Virus record (IMG/VR): IMGVR_UViG_3300045988_061891
DNA: 64,000 nt
Direction: 5' to 3' (one strand)
From: a virus
This document shows positions 18,036-27,646 of this stretch, one piece after another (position 1 is the first letter of the stretch; the number at the start of each line of letters is the position of its first letter). The notes under the pieces are model-generated. The model saw only the letters and a program-made list of their open reading frames with translations. It was not told where the DNA came from and searched no databases. The translations under genes and the position numbers were made by a program.

Positions 18036-18061
18036 CAACAGCATTTTAATTTTATAAGGAT

Positions 18062-18790
18062 ATGACATATAGAGAGATTACATATATGTGCCTTGATTCT
18101 CTTAAGGTAGCATCAGATGATTCATACATGACTTTGGAACATGTTCTCTTTCTTATATCAAAGATAAGAGCTTTAGTACTTAAGCAAAGATATTCTGATG
18201 TAAGAAAGGAGATACCTCAAAGTAACTATCAGACATTATGCTTAGACCTTATACAGGTACCAGCTATTGCAGGGGAACCTTGTGAAGGAGGAACTTATCT
18301 AAGAAGTGAACAGAAAATTCCTTCAACTATGTCTATAGGAACCAATACTGTTTATCCTGTAGACTTCTACCAAGGAACTCATATTACTTATGTTAGTAGA
18401 GAAAGGATGAGATATGTAGGTGAGAACAGATGGCTTAAGAACATTATCTATGCGTCAAAAGGGCCTGATGACTACCTATACTTCAAGTCAAGTAATCCTC
18501 AGTTCCTTTATCTTGAAAAGGTAAGAATGACAGGCATCTTTGAAGACCCTGAAAAAGCAGCAGAGTTGGAGTGTGATTCCGATACTAAACCATGTGATGT
18601 ACTGGACAGGGATTTCCCTCTTGAAGAAGGACTTGCATCTACAGTAATTGAACTCACAGTCAAGTATCTCTCAGGTGCAGTTTATAGACCTAAAGACCAA
18701 GATAACAATGCTAATGATGACCTATCTGACCTTGTTGCCTTTATGAGGAAAAACATGAAGTCAAACTTTCAAAAGCAGATTGAAGACTAA
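18062..18790 (+). CDS. Neck/tail-module protein (unassigned)
   Basis: 242-aa ORF, first gene of a promoter-defined operon that also holds tail genes. Confidence 0.5.
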   Translation: MTYREITYMCLDSLKVASDDSYMTLEHVLFLISKIRALVLKQRYSDVRKEIPQSNYQTLCLDLIQVPAIAGEPCEGGTYLRSEQKIPSTMSIGTNTVYPVDFYQGTHITYVSRERMRYVGENRWLKNIIYASKGPDDYLYFKSSNPQFLYLEKVRMTGIFEDPEKAAELECDSDTKPCDVLDRDFPLEEGLASTVIELTVKYLSGAVYRPKDQDNNANDDLSDLVAFMRKNMKSNFQKQIED

Positions 18791-19326
18791 TGGATGAGTT
18801 CAGAAAACAAGTACTCAAGATTAATGGACCAAGAGTCCATAAGGTAAACAATTCATATGGAGTATATGATATATACAAGTATATCAGAAAGAACAAATGG
18901 TTTGATATAGGACAGCCTGTCACAGAACATCAGTTCTACTCCATAATAAGAAGAATGAATAACCTTCTTGCTGATGCACTCATACATGGTCATGATATAG
19001 AGTTACCATGTAGGATGGGTGCCATAGAGGTGAGGAAATATGATGCAAGAATCTCAATTGAGAATGGTAAGATAAAGACTAACCTACCTGTAGATTGGGA
19101 CAGAACACTTAAATTATGGTCAGAAGATGAGGAAGCCTATAAGGAAAGAACACTCATTAAAATGGAGGAGAAAGAGATATTTTCTATCTTTTATAACAGG
19201 ACAGCGGCTAACTACAAGAATAAATCGTTCTATGAGTTTAGGCCCAATAGACAATTAAAGCTAATGATTAAAAGAAGAATCAAAGCTGGAAAATTAGATG
19301 CTTTTATGTTATGTGGAACGACTTAA
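18790..19326 (+). CDS. Hypothetical protein, possible HU/IHF-like fold
   Basis: 178 aa. The segment TEHQFYSIIRRMNNLLADALIHGHDIELPCRMGAIEVRKYD resembles the helix-helix-beta-arm layout of HU/IHF. The similarity is weak. Confidence 0.3.
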   Translation: MDEFRKQVLKINGPRVHKVNNSYGVYDIYKYIRKNKWFDIGQPVTEHQFYSIIRRMNNLLADALIHGHDIELPCRMGAIEVRKYDARISIENGKIKTNLPVDWDRTLKLWSEDEEAYKERTLIKMEEKEIFSIFYNRTAANYKNKSFYEFRPNRQLKLMIKRRIKAGKLDAFMLCGTT

Positions 19327-20018
19327 GTATGAAAGAAAGAGCAGCTCTTATTAAGTTAGGTGTTGAGAGCGGAGTATATGATATAGATGAAATAAAAGAT
19401 AGTTATAATCAATATAAAAATGGAGGTTATAAACCATCATATTCAATAAAAAAGAGAATATCTGATTGGGAAGGAAGTTCAATGAAAACTAATAGAGGTT
19501 TTGAGGATGAGGCTAGAAGTTTTAATATGGTGCTTCCTCAAGATGCAATATCAAGACTTACTCAAGAACAACTTGATGGTTTATACAGTTATAGCTATAA
19601 CGTAGGTGCTGGAACTTTTAAGAAGAGAGTTGCTCCTGTACTTGCAAACTATATAGCAGGAAGAGCCACTGCACAAGATGTGCAGAGTGCTATGTGGGCT
19701 AGTAAAGATAAGAAACTTAGAGGACTGGCAAAAAGAAGAAATGTTGAAAGAGCTATGTTTGGAAGTTACAATCCTACTTATGATGCTCCAAAAATTGATA
19801 TTCCTACATTAGATGTTAATCCTATTTTTACAGAGAATGTTGTTGAACCCCCTCAATTAGAATTAGATGATACGCCTAATTTAGAAATACCAACTATTGA
19901 TGACCCTGTACCCAGTTCTACAGAAGAAACAGATTATAATAGCTTTAATCCATTCAATAATATTCTTAGTATATTAGGAACAATGGAAAGTCCAAGAAAA
20001 ATAAATATCCATATATAA
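19311..20018 (+). CDS. Lysozyme-like (GH24-like) domain protein with a Pro-rich C-terminal tail
   Basis: 235 aa. ISDWEGSS, LTQEQLDGLYSYSYNVGAGTF and LRGLAKRRNVERAMF match the EG...Q-x-DAL-x-S-x-x-FNVG...GL-x-RR-x-x-E pattern of phage lysozymes. The usual Y-x-D-x-x-G-x-x-T-x-G segment is missing. Confidence 0.5.
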   Translation: MWNDLSMKERAALIKLGVESGVYDIDEIKDSYNQYKNGGYKPSYSIKKRISDWEGSSMKTNRGFEDEARSFNMVLPQDAISRLTQEQLDGLYSYSYNVGAGTFKKRVAPVLANYIAGRATAQDVQSAMWASKDKKLRGLAKRRNVERAMFGSYNPTYDAPKIDIPTLDVNPIFTENVVEPPQLELDDTPNLEIPTIDDPVPSSTEETDYNSFNPFNNILSILGTMESPRKINIHI

Positions 20019-20716
20019 TGGAAAGGTACGTTTCAATTAAAGAAATTTTAGACAACCTACTTGATAATCCTTTACTTCAAGATTTAACACTTGAAAGGGT
20101 AGTCAATTATGCTGTCAGATTCATACAGAAGGTAGGTATGCCATCAATCTTTCTTGAGAAGACAGAGGAGATTGAGATAGAGAACTATAGAGGCAAACTG
20201 CCTTGTGACTTCTATGAGATGATACAGGTGAGAGCAGTAGGACACAACTGTGATGGAGTGTTCCATGAGGTGTTCAGGTACTCCACTGACTCATTCCATA
20301 TGAGTCCTAATAAGACAAAGGATAATGACCTTACATATAAACTACAAGGTAGTTGCATTTTTACTTCTATGAAAGAGGGAACTATCGAAATAGCATATAG
20401 GGCATTCAATACTGACGAGGAGGGCTTTCCCCTTATACCTGAGAATGGCTCTTTTGAAGAAGCTCTTGAACTCTTCATAAAGGTAAAGCATTTCACTGTA
20501 CAGTTTGAACTTGGCAAGATTGCACCACAGGTTCTACAACATGCAGAACAGCAATATGCTTGGGCAGTAGGACAGGCTCAGTCAGACCTTGTAAGACCTT
20601 CTATTGACCAGTTACAATCTTTCACCAACTCTTGGAATACCTTGATACAAAGAACTACTGAGCATAGTCAGGGATTTAAGAACAATGGTACCCAAGAGAA
20701 AATAAAGCTTCAATAA
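20018..20716 (+). CDS. Tail/neck-module protein (unassigned)
   Basis: 232-aa ORF with ATGA-type start/stop overlap with the upstream gene. Confidence 0.5.
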   Translation: MERYVSIKEILDNLLDNPLLQDLTLERVVNYAVRFIQKVGMPSIFLEKTEEIEIENYRGKLPCDFYEMIQVRAVGHNCDGVFHEVFRYSTDSFHMSPNKTKDNDLTYKLQGSCIFTSMKEGTIEIAYRAFNTDEEGFPLIPENGSFEEALELFIKVKHFTVQFELGKIAPQVLQHAEQQYAWAVGQAQSDLVRPSIDQLQSFTNSWNTLIQRTTEHSQGFKNNGTQEKIKLQ

Positions 20717-20718
20717 TT

Positions 20719-23700
20719 ATGCAGCAAGATAACCATATATTTCAAGGGCTAAGAAGAGATAATCATCCAATAAGACAGGATGCTAAATTTCTTTGGGATG
20801 CCCATAATATAAGATTTACAGCCAGGGATGATAATACTTTATTATCAATGACTAATGAAAGAGGTACAGAACCTATTGATACTGTTGATATTAAAGGTTT
20901 ATATGTTGGACATTGTATTATAGGGGAATATATAATTGTTTTCACTGAATATAAAAGAGTAGTTAAAACTAATTATATTTATAGAATTTCTAAAGTAAAT
21001 GACACTTGGAAAAGTGTACAAATATATGAGGGAGATTTAAAAATGAATTGCAAGAATCCCCTTCAAACTTTAGGAATATATGAAGGTGATTTAGTACAAA
21101 AAGTTTATTGGGTAGATGGCATTAATCAACCAAGAGTTATTAATGTAGTAGCTGATAAACTAATATATGATAAAGATATTTCTGAATTAACAAGTACTGA
21201 AAAGTCTAAATTATATCCACAAGGATGCTTTGACTTTGTACAAGAGCTGGGTCTTAATGAAGAGATAACAGTTACTAGAGAAGAAGGTGGTGGAGCATTT
21301 CCACCAGGTACTATACAATACGCATTCTCTTATTATAATAAATATGGACAAGAAACTAATTTGTTCTATACTACTGAATTATTTAGTACTTCTTTTATAA
21401 CTAGAGGAGGTAGTCCAGAAGATGTAGTTAATAATACTTTTCATATTTCTATTGAAAACCCAGAAACTAGATTTCAATATCTTAGAATCTATTCTATACA
21501 TAGAACATCTATTGATGCTACACCTACTGTTAAGATAGTTACTGATGTAGAAATTACTAATGATTCTACTAAAATAGTATATATTGATACGGGACTAACA
21601 GGTAGTAATATAGACCCAACAAAAATGCTTTATATTGGAGGAGAGTCTATTATAGCTGGAACTATTGCTGAAAAAGATAATACTTTATTTCTAGGTAATA
21701 TAGAACTTGAAAGACAATCTATTTCAGATGAGATTAAGGATAATCTTAAATTTAAGAAAGAGAATAATAAAATTACAATAAGTGCATCTTCTAGAGACAT
21801 AACATTAAATAGTATTAATAATTCAAACTCAGTATACGAATATAATAATCAATTGTCTATAGGTAATACATCTACATTTAAAATAGGTGATGTTTATAGA
21901 TTAGGTGTTCAGTTTCAACATAAGAGTGGAAAGTGGTCAGAACCTTGTTTTATAAAAGATTATGTTATTCCTAGAACAAAAAAACCAGAAATAGAAAATG
22001 ATGTATTAACAGTACCCAGTATTAAAGTAACTATTGATAATGAAACTATAAAATCATTAGAGGGTCTTGGTTACAAAAAAGCTAGACCTTTAGTAGTTCT
22101 TCCTACTGTCTATGATAGAATGGTTATTGCTCAAGGCATATTATGTCCTACTGTATTCAGTGTAAAAGATAGAGTGTCCAATACTCCATTTGCTCAGTCT
22201 TCTTGGTTCTTTAGACCAATGTCTGAAACAAATGATAATTCTATAGATATAGGAAAAGGAGCAACAGTCTCTTTTGCTCATCTAGAGTCTTTAAAAACAG
22301 GAAGTGATAGAGGAGCAGAAATACAGAACATGACTTATATTCCATTTGCGACAGTTAATGATGCTGCTAAAAAAGATAGAAGTATAAATAATAGTGCATT
22401 CTTTATAGACCAATCTATTGTAACTATGCACTCACCAGATATAGAGTTTGATGATAGTACCAAACAAGCTCTGGAGAATGGTGAATTTGAACTTAATATT
22501 GTAGGTCTAACAAATTTTAAATCCAATGCTAGTGATATAAGTATTCAGACTTCTTCAAGTGTTCCATCTCCCAATGATATTGGTTTTTTTCATAAAACAT
22601 TTCTTACTACAGATTATGAAAATAAAGGTATGGTAGCAGGTATGTTTTATAAAAGTCATTTAATTGATGATTCTAAAAATGCCGAGTCATTTGGTGGTTA
22701 TAACGAAACTGAAAAGAATTGGGAATTAAATTGGCTTGTATATCCTTGGCATAGGTCTGGGTCATTAAATAATGATATAGTTAGACCAAGTGATAAAGGT
22801 ACTAGAACTTCTGTATTAAAAAGAAAAGTAATATCTAATATTAGATTTTCTCCTGACAATATTTGGTTAAACGATGTGTGGAGTTCTAAGAAGAAAGATA
22901 ATACTACTGGTATTACACCAATATCTATTTTTAGCAGTAACGAAGTATCTCTTATTAAAATTCCAATACCTAAAAACTCAGGTATAAAGGTTCTTAATTA
23001 TTATGGTAATGTAGACACTTTAATTACAACAGATGATGAATATACATTTTATGTATCTCCAAACACAGGGGTTGATTTAAATGATTCTGGTGTTGTAGCT
23101 AATTCATTTACTAAATACCCGTTACAGAATATAAAAGTAAATTATACATTTTCTGGAGATTACCATAAACAATTGCAAACTACTACAGACCCAGTAAGAA
23201 TGAAATATAAATCTACTGACCATGCTGTATTTGCTTTTGATTATTTAGATAATGCTTCTCCAGTAATACTACCCAGTATAGAGTTTCTTAATTCTGGTAC
23301 AGATACATTTATAAATAAGTATACAAATATTAATACTGTCCCATTTTGGTCAAATAAAAAGGACGATACTCCTTCATTTGTAGTTACAGGAAGAGCACAA
23401 TATGAAGATATACAAGATATGTCTGGAGTAGCCAATATTGAAGCCCGTATATTAGCTGAACTGAACATCACATACAATGATGCTACTACTGATACATATG
23501 CTATATGTACTTGTTCTAGTAGACCAGGTGACCCTAACTTCGCTGATTTATATCAAGGAACTGGAAACACTACTTCTCCTTGGAAAAAAGTAGAATTAAC
23601 AAGTGGTGATGTAGATAAAGTATATGAAAGTATGAGTACAGCAACCTATTGGCAAGTAAAAAATAATGGAAGTACATTTGTTCTTACCAGACTTAAGACT

Positions 23701-25215
23701 GAATTAGTGTATTCCGTAAAGCAAGATACTATAAAGGCTCCTGATGATAAACTTTATGCTTGTCTCTTTTTAGCAGAGTTAAGAAGAAAAGCTGAACCTG
23801 CTAACATATTTGGAGGAGACTCTGATGAAGCTTTAAGAAATAATTTGTGGATTCCAGCAGGAAAACCTGTTAGTTTGAATAAACCTATAGATTTTATATA
23901 TGGAGATACTTATTATCAAAGATATGATTGTTTAAAGACTTATTCTTTTACAACAGAAGATGAGAACAGTGTAGTTGAGATAGCTTCTTTTATGTGTGAA
24001 TCTAGAGTTAATTTAGATGGTAGATATGATAGAAATAGAGGTCAAATAAGTAACTTAAACATGTCTCCACAAAACTTCAATCTTATTAATTCAATATATT
24101 CACAGAGAGATAATTTCTTTAATTATAGAATATTAGATAAGAAATATTATAGAAATGTCAAATATCCTACACAAATATTATGGTCTATGGAAAAATCATA
24201 TTTAGATGACATAGATATATGGTCTAATATCACCTTAGCCAATTCACTAGACCTTAGTGGAAGTGCAGGAGCTGTTACTTCTATTGAAGTTTTTAATGAT
24301 TTGTTAATTGCATTTCAAGAAAAGTCTGTAAACCAAATTTTATTTAATAGTAGAGTACAAATTCCTACATCAGATGGGGTTCCTGTAGAAATTAGCAATA
24401 GTTATAAAGTTGATGGAGCTAGACCAATAAGTACAAATATAGGATGTCAAAGTAAATGGTCTATAGCTAAATCACCGATAGGTCTTTATTTTATTGACAA
24501 TACTACAGATACTTTATATTTGTATAATAGTCAACTACAAGATATTAGTACACAATTAGGTGTAAAATATTGGTTAAGAGAAAACCATCCTACTGATGAT
24601 TCTTTTATAAGATTAAGTTATGATACTAAGAACAGAGACTTATACTTAAGTCCAAAAAACAATGAGTCTCTATGTTATTCAGAACAGCTTGGTCAATTTA
24701 CATCTTTAATGAGCTATGTAGATGTAATTATGTTTCCAATGGATAATGATTTCTTATCATTTAAATGTGATGAAGCATTAAATAAAGTTAGTTTATGGGA
24801 GAATTTTAAAGGTCCATATAATAGTTTCTATAATGAAATAAAGTTACCGAGTTTTACATATATATGTAATGCGAATTCTACATACACTAAAGTATTTGAT
24901 ACTATAGAATATAGAGCTGATATTTATGATGATAAAGGAAACCCTATACATAATAGGTCATTTGATTGGATAAAGGCTACTAATGAATATCAAGATTCTG
25001 GTATAAAAAGCTTTAATCAATCAAGAAGAGTTGTTAATGACACATCACTTAGAAAGAAATTTAGAATATGGAGAGGACAGATTCCTAGACAACATAGAGA
25101 AAGAATTAGGAATCCTTGGACTGCTATAAGTTTAGGTTTTAATTTATCAAGTAAATTAGAGGACAATCACTTCCAGTTTATTTTACATGATATTTCAACT
25201 AAGTATACTGTATAA
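20719..25215 (+). CDS. Large tail structural protein (hub/nozzle-like candidate)
   Basis: 1498 aa, beta-rich and Asn/Thr/Ser-rich. It is followed by a strong terminator. The assignment rests on size and position. Confidence 0.45.
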   Translation: MQQDNHIFQGLRRDNHPIRQDAKFLWDAHNIRFTARDDNTLLSMTNERGTEPIDTVDIKGLYVGHCIIGEYIIVFTEYKRVVKTNYIYRISKVNDTWKSVQIYEGDLKMNCKNPLQTLGIYEGDLVQKVYWVDGINQPRVINVVADKLIYDKDISELTSTEKSKLYPQGCFDFVQELGLNEEITVTREEGGGAFPPGTIQYAFSYYNKYGQETNLFYTTELFSTSFITRGGSPEDVVNNTFHISIENPETRFQYLRIYSIHRTSIDATPTVKIVTDVEITNDSTKIVYIDTGLTGSNIDPTKMLYIGGESIIAGTIAEKDNTLFLGNIELERQSISDEIKDNLKFKKENNKITISASSRDITLNSINNSNSVYEYNNQLSIGNTSTFKIGDVYRLGVQFQHKSGKWSEPCFIKDYVIPRTKKPEIENDVLTVPSIKVTIDNETIKSLEGLGYKKARPLVVLPTVYDRMVIAQGILCPTVFSVKDRVSNTPFAQSSWFFRPMSETNDNSIDIGKGATVSFAHLESLKTGSDRGAEIQNMTYIPFATVNDAAKKDRSINNSAFFIDQSIVTMHSPDIEFDDSTKQALENGEFELNIVGLTNFKSNASDISIQTSSSVPSPNDIGFFHKTFLTTDYENKGMVAGMFYKSHLIDDSKNAESFGGYNETEKNWELNWLVYPWHRSGSLNNDIVRPSDKGTRTSVLKRKVISNIRFSPDNIWLNDVWSSKKKDNTTGITPISIFSSNEVSLIKIPIPKNSGIKVLNYYGNVDTLITTDDEYTFYVSPNTGVDLNDSGVVANSFTKYPLQNIKVNYTFSGDYHKQLQTTTDPVRMKYKSTDHAVFAFDYLDNASPVILPSIEFLNSGTDTFINKYTNINTVPFWSNKKDDTPSFVVTGRAQYEDIQDMSGVANIEARILAELNITYNDATTDTYAICTCSSRPGDPNFADLYQGTGNTTSPWKKVELTSGDVDKVYESMSTATYWQVKNNGSTFVLTRLKTELVYSVKQDTIKAPDDKLYACLFLAELRRKAEPANIFGGDSDEALRNNLWIPAGKPVSLNKPIDFIYGDTYYQRYDCLKTYSFTTEDENSVVEIASFMCESRVNLDGRYDRNRGQISNLNMSPQNFNLINSIYSQRDNFFNYRILDKKYYRNVKYPTQILWSMEKSYLDDIDIWSNITLANSLDLSGSAGAVTSIEVFNDLLIAFQEKSVNQILFNSRVQIPTSDGVPVEISNSYKVDGARPISTNIGCQSKWSIAKSPIGLYFIDNTTDTLYLYNSQLQDISTQLGVKYWLRENHPTDDSFIRLSYDTKNRDLYLSPKNNESLCYSEQLGQFTSLMSYVDVIMFPMDNDFLSFKCDEALNKVSLWENFKGPYNSFYNEIKLPSFTYICNANSTYTKVFDTIEYRADIYDDKGNPIHNRSFDWIKATNEYQDSGIKSFNQSRRVVNDTSLRKKFRIWRGQIPRQHRERIRNPWTAISLGFNLSSKLEDNHFQFILHDISTKYTV

Positions 25216-25221
25216 TTTAAT

Positions 25222-25249
25222 AAAGGCATAAGATTTTTCTTATGCCTTT
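25222..25249 (+). terminator. Intrinsic terminator
   Basis: Perfect 12-bp stem aaaggcataaga-tttt-tcttatgccttt followed by attatttt. Confidence 0.8.
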
Positions 25250-25268
25250 ATTATTTTCTTCTTAGGCT

Positions 25269-25300
25269 ATTGTGTATTCCAATAACTTTATTTATCTTTG
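25269..25300 (+). promoter_or_regulatory. Bacteroidota-type promoter P3 (ATTGTG-N18-TATCTTTG)
   Basis: ATTGTG is at 25269-25274 and TATCTTTG at 25293-25300. The ATG is at 25318. Confidence 0.6.
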
Positions 25301-25317
25301 TACTAAAATAATAAGCT

Positions 25318-27645
25318 ATGGCTAACAAATTAATTAAAAGAAGATATAATGAACTCCTTACAGCTAGGAACCATTACTTCAAATTTGGAGACTTCCTCTT
25401 TAAACCAGGCGAAAGTGGGAAAGTTACCAATAGAAGTCTCAATAATATGTCTACATTGGGAGAGGGTATTACTAAAGCTGTTGGTACAGCTACTGGTCAA
25501 TTAGGAGGGGGTCTTATTGGAGGAGGTCTTCAGTCAGGAGTTGGGAAAGCTTTTCAAGGACTGAGTGGTGTAGCTTCTGCAATTCCAGGTCCCTGGGGAG
25601 CTGCGGCTTCTGCTGGGTTAGGGATTCTTGGTGGTCTTGCAAACAGAATGTTTGGTTCAAAGATGAACACTGAGAATATTGCTGAAGTAGAATCTAATAT
25701 CAACAATCTGAACAACTTCCAATCTGATGCTTCAGACTTTGACACTCTATCCCAGAATTGGGCTAATGCTGATGTAGGTATGGCATTCGATGACAGTTTC
25801 ATAGGTAAGGATGGATGGTTTAGTAACAAGGCTAAAAATAAAGCAGCTGACCTGAGAAGACAGATAGATGCTGGTACTGCTTGGGTTCAGAGCTCATTAA
25901 AGAACAATGCTGAAAATATAGATAATACTCAAATGCAGGACCTTCTTGCTAATTATGCTGCTTATGGTGGTCCACTCCTCTTTGCAGAGGGAGGTGGCAT
26001 TCATATAAAGCCAGAGAATAGAGGTAAATTCACTGAGACTAAAAGAAGAACTGGCAAGACTACAGAGGAACTCACACATAGTAAGAATCCTATTACCAGG
26101 AAGAGAGCTATCTTTGCTCAGAATGCAAAGAAATGGCACCATGCCTTTGGTGGAGACCTTATGACTCATGGAGCTAACTTTGATACAGGAATAACTCTCG
26201 TAGGTAATGGTGGAACTCATGAAGAGAATCCACTTGAGGGAGTACCAATGGGTATGGATTCAGAAGGTGTTCCTAATCTAGTAGAAGAAGGAGAAGTTAT
26301 CTTCAATGACTATGTATTTAGTAAAAGATTAAAAGTACCAAAGGAAGTGAGAAAAAAATATAAATTAAGAGGAACAAATTCTCTAACCTTTGCAGATGCT
26401 GCTATTCAAATGAGCAAGGAATCTGAAGAAAGACCCAATGACCCTATAAGTAAGGCAGGTCTTGAAGATGGAATGCTTAAACTTATGATGGCACAGGAGC
26501 AAATAAGAGCAAAGAAGGGTGGCAATAAGTTTGCTAAGGGAGGAAGAATAGGAAGAATCTATGCAGGGGAAGAAGGTGACCCGTACTCTCAAGTATTGAA
26601 TCTTGGGCAAGGACCCCTTGACCCTGAGTATGTCAATAAAAAGGAGTGGTTTGCAATGCCTTATATGTCTCCTGAAGAATACTCACACTCTGACCTACTA
26701 AACATAGACCTTAGTCCTAGAAATCCTCTTAGCTCTTTTGTAATAGGGTCAGGTAAGCCTACAACACTGCCTGGGACAGCAAGAACTATACCAGAGGAGG
26801 GGAGAGACACTGGTGGAGGTGAGAAGATGGCTCCAACTTGGATGAGGTATGCTCCAGTATATGCTTCTGGGATAGTATCAATGACAGATGCTTTAGGTCT
26901 GACTAATAAGCCTGATTATGGTGATGCAAAAGCTATACTAGAGGCATCTAAGAATGCTGGTGCCTATAATCCAATCAAGTTTAGACCTGTAAGTAATTAT
27001 CTAACCTACAGACCATTTGATAGAAACTTCTATACTAATAAGTTAAGTGCAGAGTCTGGTGCTGCTAGAAGGGCTATACTCAACACTTCTGGTGGTAATA
27101 GGTCGCGAGCTTTGGCAGGAATACTTGCAGCTGATTATAATGCTCAAGGAAAGATGGGAGACCTTTTCAGACAGGGTGAAGAATATAACCTTGCACAGAG
27201 ACAAAAGGTTGAAGAGTTCAATAGAGCTACTAATATGTTTAACTCAGAAGGAATCTTCAAGGCTGACCAAGCTAATCAGGCTGCTCAATTACAGGCAAGG
27301 TCTTCATACCTTAAAGGAGCACTTGCTGCTTCTGAACTCAGACAAAAAGAAAGGCTTGCATCTACTTCTGCAAGAAGTGCAAATCTATCCAACTTTATTA
27401 ACTCTCTTGGTGATATTGGCAGAGAGAACTTCTCAAGAAATATGATTGCAGGGGATAAGTCTAAGTATTATACTCTTGGCCCTAATGGAGAGCCTATATA
27501 CAAGAGTGCCTTTTATGATTTACCCGAGGCAGAGCAGGCTTACATTTCTGGTTATGCAAACAGAGAGAGTGAGAGGAAGAAGAGTAAAAGTAAGAGTGAA
27601 AATAAGAAGTCAAAGGGAGGTTACTTAACTATAAGAAGAAAGTAA
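25318..27645 (+). CDS. Gly-rich internal virion / ejection protein candidate
   Basis: 775 aa. The N-terminal region has Gly-zipper-like hydrophobic segments (GQLGGGLIGGGLQSGVGKAF, AIPGPWGAAASAGLGILGGLA). The C-terminus is basic (KKSKSKSENKKSKGG). Confidence 0.45.
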   Translation: MANKLIKRRYNELLTARNHYFKFGDFLFKPGESGKVTNRSLNNMSTLGEGITKAVGTATGQLGGGLIGGGLQSGVGKAFQGLSGVASAIPGPWGAAASAGLGILGGLANRMFGSKMNTENIAEVESNINNLNNFQSDASDFDTLSQNWANADVGMAFDDSFIGKDGWFSNKAKNKAADLRRQIDAGTAWVQSSLKNNAENIDNTQMQDLLANYAAYGGPLLFAEGGGIHIKPENRGKFTETKRRTGKTTEELTHSKNPITRKRAIFAQNAKKWHHAFGGDLMTHGANFDTGITLVGNGGTHEENPLEGVPMGMDSEGVPNLVEEGEVIFNDYVFSKRLKVPKEVRKKYKLRGTNSLTFADAAIQMSKESEERPNDPISKAGLEDGMLKLMMAQEQIRAKKGGNKFAKGGRIGRIYAGEEGDPYSQVLNLGQGPLDPEYVNKKEWFAMPYMSPEEYSHSDLLNIDLSPRNPLSSFVIGSGKPTTLPGTARTIPEEGRDTGGGEKMAPTWMRYAPVYASGIVSMTDALGLTNKPDYGDAKAILEASKNAGAYNPIKFRPVSNYLTYRPFDRNFYTNKLSAESGAARRAILNTSGGNRSRALAGILAADYNAQGKMGDLFRQGEEYNLAQRQKVEEFNRATNMFNSEGIFKADQANQAAQLQARSSYLKGALAASELRQKERLASTSARSANLSNFINSLGDIGRENFSRNMIAGDKSKYYTLGPNGEPIYKSAFYDLPEAEQAYISGYANRESERKKSKSKSENKKSKGGYLTIRRK

Positions 27646-27646
27646 T

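Noticed and set aside
18001-18043. 7-bp inverted repeat gctgttg ... caacagc bracketing promoter P2, as a possible operator
   Set aside because: The other three promoters have no equivalent. The left arm is simply the conserved -33 region, so the match may be fortuitous.
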